Shown: positions 25,073 through 36,971 of the stretch, in pieces | Layout: each line of letters opens with the position of its first letter | Position numbering within the stretch: the first letter of the stretch is position 1 | From: Mobula hypostoma | Taxonomy: Eukaryota | NCBI RefSeq assembly: GCF_963921235.1 | Contig: NC_086106.1 | Coordinates: forward strand, 23,622,001-23,686,000 | Direction of reading: 5' to 3' | Length of the DNA: 64,000 bases | The notes under the pieces: model-generated | Seen by the model: the letters and a program-made list of their open reading frames with translations, nothing else | The model's database searches: none | What the model was told of the DNA's origin: nothing | Position numbers and translations under genes: made by a program

Positions 25073-25607
25073 GGAAGTAACGCAAGAAATAGTGGATGCA
25101 TTAGTGATAATTTTTCAAAACTCTTTAGATTCTGGATTGGTTCCCGAGGATTGGAGGATGGCTAAAGTAACCTGTCTTTTTTTTTTTAGGAGGGAGAGAG
25201 AAACATCGGTGGTGGGGAAAATGCCAGAGTCAGTTATCAAAGATCTGATAACAGCGCATTTGGAAAGCGGTAAAATCATCGGACAAAGTCAGTCTGGATT
25301 TGTGAAAGGAAACTCATGTCTAGCGAATCTCATAGATTTTTTTTTGAGGATGTAACTAGTAGAGTGGATAGCGGAGAACCAGTGGATGTGGCATATTTGG
25401 ATTTTCAAAAAGGCTTTTGACAAGGTCCCACACAGGAGATTAGTGTGCAAACTTAAAGCACACGGTATTGGGGGTATGGCATTGATGTGGATAGCGAATT
25501 GGTTGGCAGACAGGAAGCGAAGAGTGGGAATAAACGGGACCTTCTCAGAATGGCAGGCAGTGACTAGTGGGATACCGCAAGGCTCAGTGCTGTAATCCCA
25601 TTGGATT

Positions 25608-25640
<33 letters not shown>

Positions 25641-26606
25641 GACTTAGACGAGGGAATTAAATGTAGCATCTCCAAGACTGCGGATGGCGCGAATCTGGGC
25701 GGCAGTGTTAGCTGTGAGGAGGATGCTCAGACGATGCAGGGTGACTTGGATAGGTTGGCTGAGTGGGCAAATTCATGGCAAATGCAATTCAATGGGGATA
25801 AATGTGAGGTTATCCACTTTGGTGGCAAGAACAGGAAAACAGATTATTATCTGAATGGTGGCCGATTAAGAAAAGGGGAAGTGCAACGAGACCTGGGTGT
25901 CATTGTATACCAGTCATTGAAAGTGGCCATGCAGATACAATAGGCGGTAAAACATGCGAATGGTATGCTGGCATTCGTAGCAAGAGGAACGAGTATAGGA
26001 GCAGGGAGGTACTACTGCAGTTGTACAAGGACTTCGTAAGACCACACCAAGAGTATTGTGTGCAGTTGTAGTCCCCTAATCTGAGGAAAGACATTCTTGC
26101 CACAGAGTAGGTACAAAGAAGGTTCACCAGATTGATTCCTGGGATGGCAGGACTTTCATATGATGAAAGATTGGATCGACTAGCCTTATAATCTCTGGAA
26201 TTCAGAAGATTGAGGGGGGATCTGATTGAAACATATACCATTCTAAAGGGATTGGACAGGCTGCATGCAGGAAGATTTTTCCCGATGCTGGAAAACTCCA
26301 GAACGAGGAGTCAAAGTTAGAGGATAAAGGGGAATTCTTTGAGCACCGAAATGAGGAAAAACTTCTTCACACAGAGAGTGGTGAATCTGTGGAATTCTCT
26401 GCCACAGGAAGCAGTTGAGTGCAGTTCATTTGATATATTTAAGATGGAGTTAGATAAGGCCCTTGTGGCTAAAGGGATCACGGTAAATGGAGAGAAGGCA
26501 GGTACAGGGTTCTGAGTTGGATGATCAGCCATGGTCGTATGAATGGCGGTGCAGGCTCGCTTGGCCGAATAGCCTACTCCTGCACCTATTTTCTATGTTT
26601 CTATGT
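25073..26606 (+). mobile_element. 5'-truncated decayed CR1 LINE
   Basis: VLKEVTQEIVDALVIIFQ, FKKAFDKVPH, SGIPQGSVL and a ctatgtttctatgt tail. Same flanks as 56972-58539, so the insertion predates the cassette duplication. Confidence 0.92.
25611..25636. repeat. (TA)n microsatellite inside CR1
   Basis: Run of atatatat... read directly. The paralog at about 57537 has only a short run. Confidence 0.9.
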
Positions 26607-27289
26607 AAAACAAATGAGTTCTATATACAATTTTCATCTAGTGTGCCGAACACACTGTTTGCAAGATATCCCTTATTCTGTTAAACTACTCACTAATAAA
26701 GACACAAAGCATCGCAGGACATATCACATCATGAATCGTCAAACTGAGGATAATAATAACTCAGGTACACTGATACCTCACACATTCACGCAGTTAAGGA
26801 TTCTTGGAGAAAATCTACTGCCCCCACAAACAGTCAAAGCATTCCTGACACAGCCTCGAGCCCCACGAGTCGAGAACTTCAGTATTACATTAGATTTATA
26901 GTCATGTTTTGCGGTCAATCGCCAGGTAGCCTGATGCAAGGAGAAATAGATCTGAGGAAATAAGGGAGCAAATGTACAGTAGGGATGGCTGCAAAAAGAT
27001 AAAGTAAAGCAACACTGTTTTCAAATCAAATGTCATCTTATTCTGATGTATTAAACCGACATACTGAATAAATAAATACTGAATAATTGAAGGCGAACGA
27101 ACTAGATAAGCGGCCCTACCAGATGCATCAATGGAAATCGCTTTATTTTGATGGCAGGATGAATAGATTTGAAGGCGAAGCTTTGGGCAGCTGTAAATAG
27201 ACACAATGGGTAATCTACCTCTTATGTACATAGCAGAACGGGTTTGTCCTTCATTATACTCATTTTACACTCATCATCTACTTGTAAAC

Positions 27290-28260
27290 CACTGGCTGAT
27301 CCTCAGCTCTATCAAACTGCTTCCCATCCCCCTGCCAGATTAGGTTAAAACACTCCCAACAACTCCTTAAATCTGACCGAAAGTATATTACCCACCTCAG
27401 ATTCACTTGTAACCCATCCCTTTTGCGCGACTTCCACCTGCCCCCAAACATTTCCCAATTATCCAGAAATCCGAATCCTTGCGTTCTGCTTCAACTCTCA
27501 TCCATACGTTTATCTGCCACGTCATTCTATTCGGTTCTCACTGTCGCAGATCACAGGCCGTAATTGTAGGATCATTACACCTGCGGTCCCGCCAGAAGAT
27601 TCCATCCTAACTCTCCATGTTCTGCTTTCCGGACCTGCTCCCTGATGTTCTTATGCCTTTGATACCAATTTGTACCACGACTTTTGGCTGCTTACCCTCC
27701 TTTTTCAGGATATTATTGACGTGTATAGAAACATTTGTGCCCCTAGCACCCGTGAAACAAATTACCATCCACTCTTTCATTTGACGTTGTTAAATTCGTT
27801 CAGCTGTTCGTCTGCTACTATTGTTACTGCTGCTATCCTCTTCATTTCCATATCCTTCCGTGCCACAGAGCCAAGATCAGTGCCAGAGTCACAACAGCTT
27901 TTGCTTCCCCAAGTTAGATTGTTCCCCCAAAATGGACAACGTGTTGTTGAGTGGGGGCGCCCACATGTGCGCACACAACTGTCTGGTGTTTCCTGGTCCC
28001 TCTCCTGACATTACACAGTGATCTCTCTCCTGTAGAGTTGGTGTGACTACCTCCTTGTTGCTGACGTCTATAGCTGTTTCACTTTCCCTAACAAGCCGAA
28101 GGTCATCGAACTACAAATTTACATCACTTATACGGTCTCTAACGATCTGCATTTCGATGCACCTGTGCAGATGTGGTCATAGGAGCGCGGCTGGTGATCT
28201 CCTGAAAATCTCACATGTGACACCTAGAAGAAAACACCGGCTGTGTAGACGTACCTAGTA
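27290..28260 (-). mobile_element. Old CR1 5'/ORF1 remnant upstream of V gene (copies at about 34410-34680 and about 62280-63250)
   Basis: Minus-strand GTDLGSVARKDMEMKRIAAV and, in the 34.4 kb copy, QIVRERIREEKLQFDELRLVRVSETVIDR resemble CR1 ORF1 as I recall it. Not confirmed by a search. Confidence 0.6.
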
Positions 28261-30309
28261 TTTGCTCGACAGTTGAGAACGAAACAAAGAAATAAATTAC
28301 ATAGCCCCTGCCTAAACTCGAAAAAGCCTTGTTGAGCCAAAACCTTACTATTCTGCCTCAGGCTATCCCGAAGATGACCACTTCGAATGGCGGTATCTCT
28401 CCATTATGGACGCTCTGTTCTCCATCAAAATCTTTGGCGAAACTGCGCGGCAACGTTTTCTACTGGGCCAGTGGAGAATTCAAATTATCGACTACCGTAA
28501 AAAAAGAAAAAAACAACTTGTTTTTTAAAAAAAATCTATTTCTCCACTCTGTGCGGAATCACTTATGTTGCGTATGCCCAATACTCCAATGAATTGCGTG
28601 AATTGTCCCTAGATCGAAGGCTGATGTCATTTTCTCGATTAGCAGAAGGAGGTTAGCACACACCAATGAGATTAAGGTTTGACGCATGAGAATGTTCCGG
28701 ATCAATCGATCATTTTAAAGACGAAACACTCTCTACGGTATGAGCTGAATTCCTCAGCTCCTATAGCAATGCTGAGGGGCAAAGTTCGAGTGTTATGTTG
28801 GCATGTTGTTAGGTAATACTCCGATTAAGTTTGCAGTACATTTTTTCAGCATTGTTCGGGACAGTGCTTTAAACAAGCGGCTAACTAATGTTTCAATTCT
28901 ACTTTACTTTTCCAAATGTCATCGATTAGGATTATGTCGTTTGATGTCCCATTCTGGTCAGGCGAAGTTCTGCTTAGCTGTATCTCTAACCCGTTACACT
29001 TTGAATGCGTTGCCTTGCATGACGTGGAGATCTTTTCTGTCTTTGTCGTTTCGTTCCGCTACATAACTTTAAATGATGAAATCAGCATTTATTCCTCGAT
29101 CTTGACCGTCCTTAGAATTATAAACTCATGAAACAGCCTGTAGAATTGTGATATTTCCAGTCTCCTTATTATGTTATTTCTCAGACCGAATTTGATGAAT
29201 GTGGGGGTATTAAGAGTATTCATGTTGATTACGATGAGTATTTACCTTTACTTTTGTTAGAATGGGGTAAGGCAGCCTCATTGGAAAGGTCAGACTTCGA
29301 ATCTACAACAACACAATGACAAACGCACATTGACACCATTTGATTTCAGAATTCTAATTTCTGTGTAATTTACGTATTTCAAGTATCCATGGTTCGATTG
29401 CAAAGAATCTAAATAAAGATTTCATAACAAAGTTATATGCAACGTTACAGCCACTCTAAATTTGAGAGCTGCCGATACCCAAAACAGTGATCAAGTTGTG
29501 GCAGGAAGAAGGCACAGTTGCTGGCTTCTGACTTGTCTCTGCAAACATGGTTTCACAAGGTGGTTGTCTCGATTCGAAGATTTCGGTGAAATACGACGAT
29601 TGGGTCTACTTGCTTCAAACGATTGGAAGTGAAGAGTAAACACTCGGCAGTATAACAGATAAAAAAAAAACACGATCTAAATGTGGTATAAAATACATTT
29701 GCAATACTTGTACATCCTTCAAGGAAACAGAAGAGAAGCAGTCTTAAGTTGTGAGGAAGCATGTTTAAAGGAGAACTGCACCCTAAGAGTTTTATTTTAA
29801 TCTGCAAGGAACATGTTTAGTATCTCTAAATCGCTGTAAGAGAGGGGAATATAAAGTGATAGAACTTCTGTATTTAATCTAGTTAATTTCGCAAGGGAAA
29901 GAGGGTTTATACAAAACTTAAGAAGATGGAGTTGAGAGAGAATTACATAAATAAGTTTGTCTGATCGTGGGGAGGGGGTAGGTTCTGAAGTTACCGTTTC
30001 TTTGGCGTAGTTTGCTTGCAGTCTCTGTGTCTTAAGACATTTTGCCAAGTTCAGTTTTGTAAAATGAAAACTAGAATCACGGTTGAGCCGACGTGGAGTA
30101 AACTGGATTTAGATCTTTCTCCGTGAAGTGTGTCCCTTCAATATAGTCGGCAGTGGCTGTTTTCTCTCCTGAATATGGTTCCAGACTCATAGCTTTGGAC
30201 TTTACTAAGAGAATCAAAATCTACTCCGTTATTTGGTAAGCGATTATATGAAATAACTTATGATACTACCGTCTTTGCCGTTGACTCTAATATACAGATT
30301 AATCGTTAG

Positions 30310-30576
30310 CTCTGAGGAAGTAACTTATTTGTGGTCTCGCGAAATCTGCTAACTTTCATTTGATTGGCTGTGTTGACGAATAAAGAAACAGGAGAGGATT
30401 GGAAGAAATCAGGAAAGGAGTTGATTGGTGGATTCGAGAATCAAGAAGAGTATTATGAAGTGTGTGAGACCAATAGCTTCTTAACAAAAGAGAGGGCACT
30501 CCTAACGAACCACAGAGTAAACTTCTTTGAGAATAGCATTGTGTCATTACAAATCCATAGTGAACGGATCGCAGAC
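30310..30576 (+). promoter_or_regulatory. Putative promoter of V gene 1
   Basis: ATTGG at 30363 and 30424, CCAAT at 30470, ETS-like GAGGAAGT at 30314, immediately 5' of the leader ATG. The CCAAT-type motifs are conserved in the paralog at 36789-36901. Function is inferred from motifs only. Confidence 0.45.
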
Positions 30577-30622
30577 ATGCGGGTCCTATATTTGTTTCTT
30601 ACTGCAGCAGCGCTTCTGATTG
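30577..30622 (+). CDS. TCR alpha/delta-type V gene 1, leader exon (MRVLYLFLTAAALLIG)
   Basis: ATG, hydrophobic signal peptide and phase-1 donor G|GTAAGT at 30622/30623. Confidence 0.9.
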
Positions 30623-31098
30623 GTAAGTTTCTCGACATTTTGAACACCATCGTTCTCACCATGATGAACAGGTTAATGTATCACTGAATATCAGTAACAC
30701 AACATTGGTCATGACATGAAAGGATTTGGGAGTACGATAGTAACATGGATCCAAATCTCATGCAACTGGGAATAGAATGTTTGATGAGTATATCCGGGCC
30801 AACCACAGGCGAGTCCGTCGCAGTCCTTGGCGGGGAAGATTTGTCTTTGTATTCCTCCTGAGATGCAATAATTGCAAGAAATCCTTCATGGAATTGATTG
30901 GAAGTTTTCTCAAAAAGGTAATTTAATTCAGTCTTTCTTGCCACTTCTGCTAATTTCAGTCGAGAGTTTAACTCAAATTGGAACCCCCACATCTCCGATT
31001 AGGCAGTACTGAGGAACCAGGGTTTGCATCGGAGATATGCGAGCAGAATATTGATATTTCTTGATTGAAATTTTGAAATTCTTTTTGGTCCATAACAG

Positions 31099-31405
31099 GA
31101 CATTGCCGAGGCGACGCTGTTTATCAGTCACCTGCTGTCACTACAGTCGCGGAAGGGGAAGTTGCAGAGTTAAACTGTAACTATACTACTACAAGAACAA
31201 GCAACCCTGGACTAATCTGGTACCGTCAGTATCCCGGAGGTTCTCTGGAGTTTCTTTTGCTCCGTTCGAAATTCGACAAACACCTAGAGAATATTCCTGG
31301 ACAGAGGATCACGGCGCAGCTGAATGATACGAGCAGAACGGTCCCCCTGACAGTATCCAAAACACATCTAGGAGACACTGCCATGTATTATTGCGCTCTG
31401 ACCCC
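31099..31405 (+). CDS. TRAV/DV: TCR alpha/delta-type V gene 1, V exon (intact; not in ORF track)
   Basis: Acceptor ataacAG. Open frame HCRGDAVYQSPAVTTVAEGEVAELNCNYTTTRTSNPGLIWYRQYPGGSLEFLLLRSKFDKHLENIPGQRITAQLNDTSRTVPLTVSKTHLGDTAMYYCALT, with the canonical Ig-V Cys, WYRQ and D-x-A-x-YYC motifs. The CAL(S/T)P end and 23-RSS fit alpha/delta V. The symbol is family-level only. Confidence 0.93.
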
Positions 31406-31444
31406 CACAGGGGTACAGAACTAGTCTGAACCTGTACAATAACT
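31406..31444 (+). promoter_or_regulatory. Recombination signal sequence, 23-bp spacer
   Basis: CACAGGG (31406-31412), 23 nt, ACAATAACT (31436-31444), directly abutting the V exon. Confidence 0.92.
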
Positions 31445-34400
31445 ACTTTAGTTCTCTAGTGGCTGCTAGGTGCAATAACCGCTTTCTGTGCGTCTGTAGC
31501 TCCTTGGTCGACCCGCCATATGTATAAACGCCTATACATTTCCTCTGATTGTTATCCAATAGATTGAGTCGCCTTCAGCCTTTACTCTTCAATCTGTTCC
31601 AATGCACAATCAGCCACCAAAATTCCGTTTCTAGTCTCTCACACGACAAAGGAAACGATAACTTTCCATTGTTTCTTTTTTCACTCACCATTTCGAAAAA
31701 AGAGCCTCTTTCACTTGCATTGGTGTGGATGCGGATGCTGTAGTGAAATGTTGTTTATTCTCCAATATACTACTGTGTTAAAATCTCACATGTTCCGCAA
31801 TTTAATATTAATTACAGGTTTTAACATGAAAACTTATTGTTTTGTTTGTTTTTACCTATAAATATTTTTTTCCAAAGCTATACTGGAGCGCCCGCGTATG
31901 ATTTTCTATGCTAAGTAACTGCAATCTAACATTGCCGGGGGTGTTCACAACCGTATATATATAAATAAAAAGAAAAAAACAAGCAGGTGGTTGCTCTTGT
32001 ACAGGACGAAATTGCATTTTAATTTATCGCTCAATCTCACTGTGTCAGTTGAGGAAGATGCAGTTTACAGAGCAAACATTATTGTTTCTTTCCTCAGAAT
32101 TGCACAGCTAACACCTGTCGTTTCAGGAAATAACATAAACACCACTTATGACACTATAAAACAATGTCTGTGTGATGAGTAACAGAAACACTGTGGACAA
32201 TTTAACGAGGAATGGGTAACGTGAGCACCGAAAGATTTTTCATGTAAAAGAAAATTAATGCAAGGGCTTGCCAAAGTGTCAATGGTATGAGCAGTCGAAA
32301 TCTGTTGTTATGTACAGTCGTCAAGTCATGTCAGATTTATTTGTAAAGCACTTTTAAAAAACAACACATGTTGACCAAGGTGTTGTACAAACCACAACAG
32401 GTATCTAAAATCACAAATACAATAGACACAGATATAAACATCAAGGTACACAGATTAAAGTCACAAAATCAACAACACATTCGCCTAGGCACCATCTAAA
32501 AGTCAGCCACATTAGGAAGATTCAAAAACTAATTAATAATGGTAATTTTTGAGCCTGGACTTCAAGAGTCAAAGGACGGGCCAGATTGATAGCGAGGAGA
32601 ATGCTGTTCTACTGTCTAGGAGCTACAGCATATCAAACAATAATGTTATATGCAGAGTTCGTGCAAAAAAATATAATAAATATTATGTAAATAAAGTTTT
32701 GTCTTCTGTCTATTGGATATGTTATGATATGGAACTTGACTACTGCGAATTCGAAAGGGTGCTGCATTGCTTTAAAAATAAACAGTAAAAATATCTTTAA
32801 CAACATCAACACGAAATTCTTCTGGGGTTAGTGAAGCTATTTTGCCTCGTGAAATAGAGCCCGAAAAGTAAATGAATGAGCCCTGCGGGTCGTTGCACTA
32901 TATTTGCGAACTTTCGTCCCACATTCTATGGTAAATTAAAGCGAAAACCTGGTAAGCGCTAATGGCAAATCACTTTGTTCGAGAATCGTTCAACACCCAA
33001 TGTCGCTCGGTCAAGCCTCTGGTGGTCTGTCAATATTTCCTTCAAATAAACTGTTGCTTCCTTGTCTACATGTCAGTTCTCCGCAGTAGGTTCAGTCATT
33101 TCTTCAGTGCACACTGCAACTGTAAATTAGGAAAATGTGATACGAATATATATTTTTTTTTTGCACGGAGGAGGTGATGATCTTATTTAAATGCGATTTG
33201 CCTTGTGGAACGTTGACTGCTGTAATCTCAATCGTGGATAGAGTTAATATTTTCTGTCCCTTTTATTTCTCAACCACTGTCATCAGTTTAATAAAGGAAA
33301 GCTGTAGATAGATTTTTCTACGGTATCTAGATCAAATAGACATTATGTCATTGTAGTATGAAACAGATATGGACGAATGTTTGAGAGATTAGTTTCAACA
33401 CGTGGTTGCGTTTGAAGAACATTGCGTACATATGCCTGAATAATTCAGTTTTAAAGTGCTAAATTAATAAATTTATTAAAGAAGTTAGCTTTTTTCATTT
33501 ATTAGGGCTGCTGTAATTTCAACGGAATATGATCAATGTGAGCAGCATGGACGTTACTGTGACCGTGTCTGTACGAGGACGAACATAAGTTGATTAATTT
33601 AAAATGAAGCCCGCAGGGTGAACTCTAAGTCCATGGAGCTCCGTGTAACGTAATGGGTTCTAAATTCTAGCAAAAATACTGTATTTTAAAACACGTTAGC
33701 ACGGAAAAGGCGGTGATAATGCAAATGGTGTATAATAGAATGCCATTCCTACTTCAGGCGACGAACGCTCTTGAAAATATGTCATAAAATGGTTTAATAA
33801 GAAGAGTTATTATATATCTCCCCACTAGAATAACAGCAACAGCGCCCAGCAAAATCCTCGGGAATTTAAATTGTGACGGAAACAACGAAAATGTACATTA
33901 CTTCATTTAAGTAGGGACTGAGCCACGACCGAGGATAAAATGAAGAATATTCGTATTACTTTACTCCGGTATGTCAGGTCAACAAACCACGCTGGACTCA
34001 GGAAACGACAAAAAAATGAAGTGCTTTCTGTGATTCTTCGTGTTTAGCAGCCGACAATGTTCTCCTTGTATTTTTAAGTGTCTGTAGGTTTCATACTACA
34101 GAAACACTTGAAAATCAATTAATCATTAATTAAGTTGAGTGCATTATGACTGGCACTCTCAAAACATATTCTAGTATGCAAATATATATGGCAAATCGTA
34201 ATCGTCTCTGCACTCCAAAATAACCAAACTGGCTACTTTCTACTTTTTAGTAATCTACAAAACAGTGATGAACGCAAACCGCATTATGGAAAGGTTTAAA
34301 ATACATTGCTGTGACGCAATAAGAATCTTCAATTTAATCAGACGTTGGCAACAAGTGTGGAGCCTTGTCTGAGACTGATCGGTTTCTGCTTCCTTCAACT

Positions 34401-36971
34401 CCCTCTCCTGAAAGTTGCACAGTAACCTGTGTCCTGTAGAAGTGGCGTGACTACCAGCCTGTTGCCCCTGTCTATAACTGTTTCACTTACCCTAACAAGC
34501 CGAAGCTCATCGAACTGCAACTTTTCTTCCCTTATACGTTCTCTAACGATCTGCGTTTCGATGCACCTGTGCAGATGTGGCCATCGGAGCGCAGCTGGTG
34601 GTCTCCTGAGCATCCCAAATATAACACCCAGAGGAGAACACCGGCTCTGTAGACATACCCACTATTCTCTCAACAGTTGAATAAGAAATACAGAAAGGAA
34701 TTGCATAGCCTCTGCATAAACTCGAAGAAGCCCTTTTGTGCTAAAGCCTTACAAATCTGCTTCATGCTATCCCGACAATGACCACTTCGAAAGACGGTTT
34801 TTCTCCTTTATAGACACTTCGTTCCCCGCCGAAATAATTCGGCGAACCTGCGCGGCAGCGTTCCTACTGGGGCAGTGGAGCACGCCAGTCATTGATTCCC
34901 GTAGAAAAAAAAACTTGCGGTTTCTTCTTTTTTTTTAATCTAATCGTTCGTTCTGTGTGTGGGGGGGGGGGGGAACAACTTCTCTTGCATCTGCTCAGTA
35001 CTCCAGTGAAGTGTGCGAATTGTTCCTGAATCGAAGGCCGACGTCATTTTCCCGATCAGCTAATGGAGGTTGGCACCCACCAATGAGATAAAGGCTTTGC
35101 GCATGCGAATATTTCGATTCATGCGATCAATTTACAGACGAAACACTCTCTGCGGTATGAAACGATTTCTTCACCTCCTATTACCGTGCTAGGGAGCGAA
35201 GATTTAATGTCGTTTTGGCATGTTGTTAGGTAACATTACAATTAGTTTGTAGTTCATTGTTCAGCTTTGTTCGGAACAGTGCTTCAAACAAACTAATGTT
35301 TAAGTTCTACTTTGCTTTTCCAAATGGCATCAATGGGAATTTTGTCGTTTTATGCTCTATTCTGATCAGACGCCTTTCTACTTAGCTTTATCGCTAACCC
35401 GTGCATACTAAAGGTCAAGTTGCACTTTGAATGAGCTTGGCTGCATTGCGTGGATATCTTGATGCCTTTGTCTTTTCTTGACACTATATGGTATTAAAGG
35501 ATGAAATCAGCATTTATTCCTCGATCTTGATTGTCGTTAGTATTATAAACTCATGAAAGAGCCCATAGAAATGTGATATGTCCGGTCTCCTTATCATATC
35601 AGTTCTCAGCGAAACTTACCATCTCATACCGAGTTTGATGAATGTGAGTTTATTAAGAGTATTCATGTTGTTTCCGGTAATTTCTTGCATTTACTTTTAA
35701 TAGAATGGGCAGCGCAGACTCATTGGAAAGTTCAGACGTCGAATCTACGACAACACAGTGAAAAACGTACATATCACCGTTAGAACTCAGAAAACAGAGT
35801 AATTTACGTATTTCTAATAACTATGGTTTGATTGCAAAGAATCTAAATAAAGATTTCATAACACAAGTATATGCAACGTTGCATCCACGCTGAATATAAG
35901 GGATACCGATACCTCCGACAGTGATCACGTTCTGTCAGAAGAAGGCGCCGTTGCTGAGCTCTGACTTGTCTCTGCAAACATGGTTTCACAAGGTGATTGT
36001 CTCTATTCGAAGATTTTGGTGAAATACGACGATTGGGTCTACTTGCTTCAAATGATTGGAGGTGCAGAGTGAACACACGGAGGTATATCAGATAAAAAGC
36101 CACAATCGAAATGTGGTATAAAATACATTTGCAATACTTGCATATCCTTGACGGAAACAGAAGAGGTGCGGTCTTAAGTTGTGGGGAATCAACTTTAAAG
36201 GAGAACTGCACCATAAGAGTTGCTTTTTGTCTATTCTGCAAAGAACATGTTTGATATCTCTAAATCGCAGTCAGATGGGGTTATATATGGTGTTGTAACT
36301 TCTGTAGTTAAGCTAGTTAATTTGGCAAAGGAAAGAGTGTTTATGCAGAACATTGGAAGATGGAGTTGGGAAACAATGACATTAATAGGCTTGTCTGATC
36401 GTTGAGGGCTGAAGTTACCGATTCCTTGCCGTAGTTTGCTTGGAGTCTCTGTGTCCTATGAAAATTTGCCAAGTTCGTTTCTGAAGGATGAAAATTTGAA
36501 TCACGCTGAGCCGACGTGGAATAATCTGGTAGTGTAGAACTTTCTTCGTGCAGTGTGTCTCTTCAACATAGTCTGCAATTGTTGTTTTCCCTCCTAAAGA
36601 CGGTACCAGACTCATAGCTTTGTACTATACAAAGAGAAACAAAATCTACTCCGTTATTTAGTACGATATTATATGAAACAACTTCTGATCCTGCCGTCTT
36701 TGCCGTTGAGTCTTATATACATCTGAATCGTTAATTTGAGTAAGTAACTTAATTGTGAGGTCTCGGGCAATCTGCCAACTATCAGCTGATTGGCTGTGTT
36801 AAGGAACAAAGATATAGTACAGGATAGGAAGAAATGAGAAAGTAAGCTGATTGGTGGACATCGAAAAGCAAAGAGCGGCATGTTAAGTGGATGAGACCAA
36901 TGTCCTCTTAACAAAGGATAAGGCACTCCTGACGAACCACAATTAAACTTGTTTGAGAATAACATTGTTTC

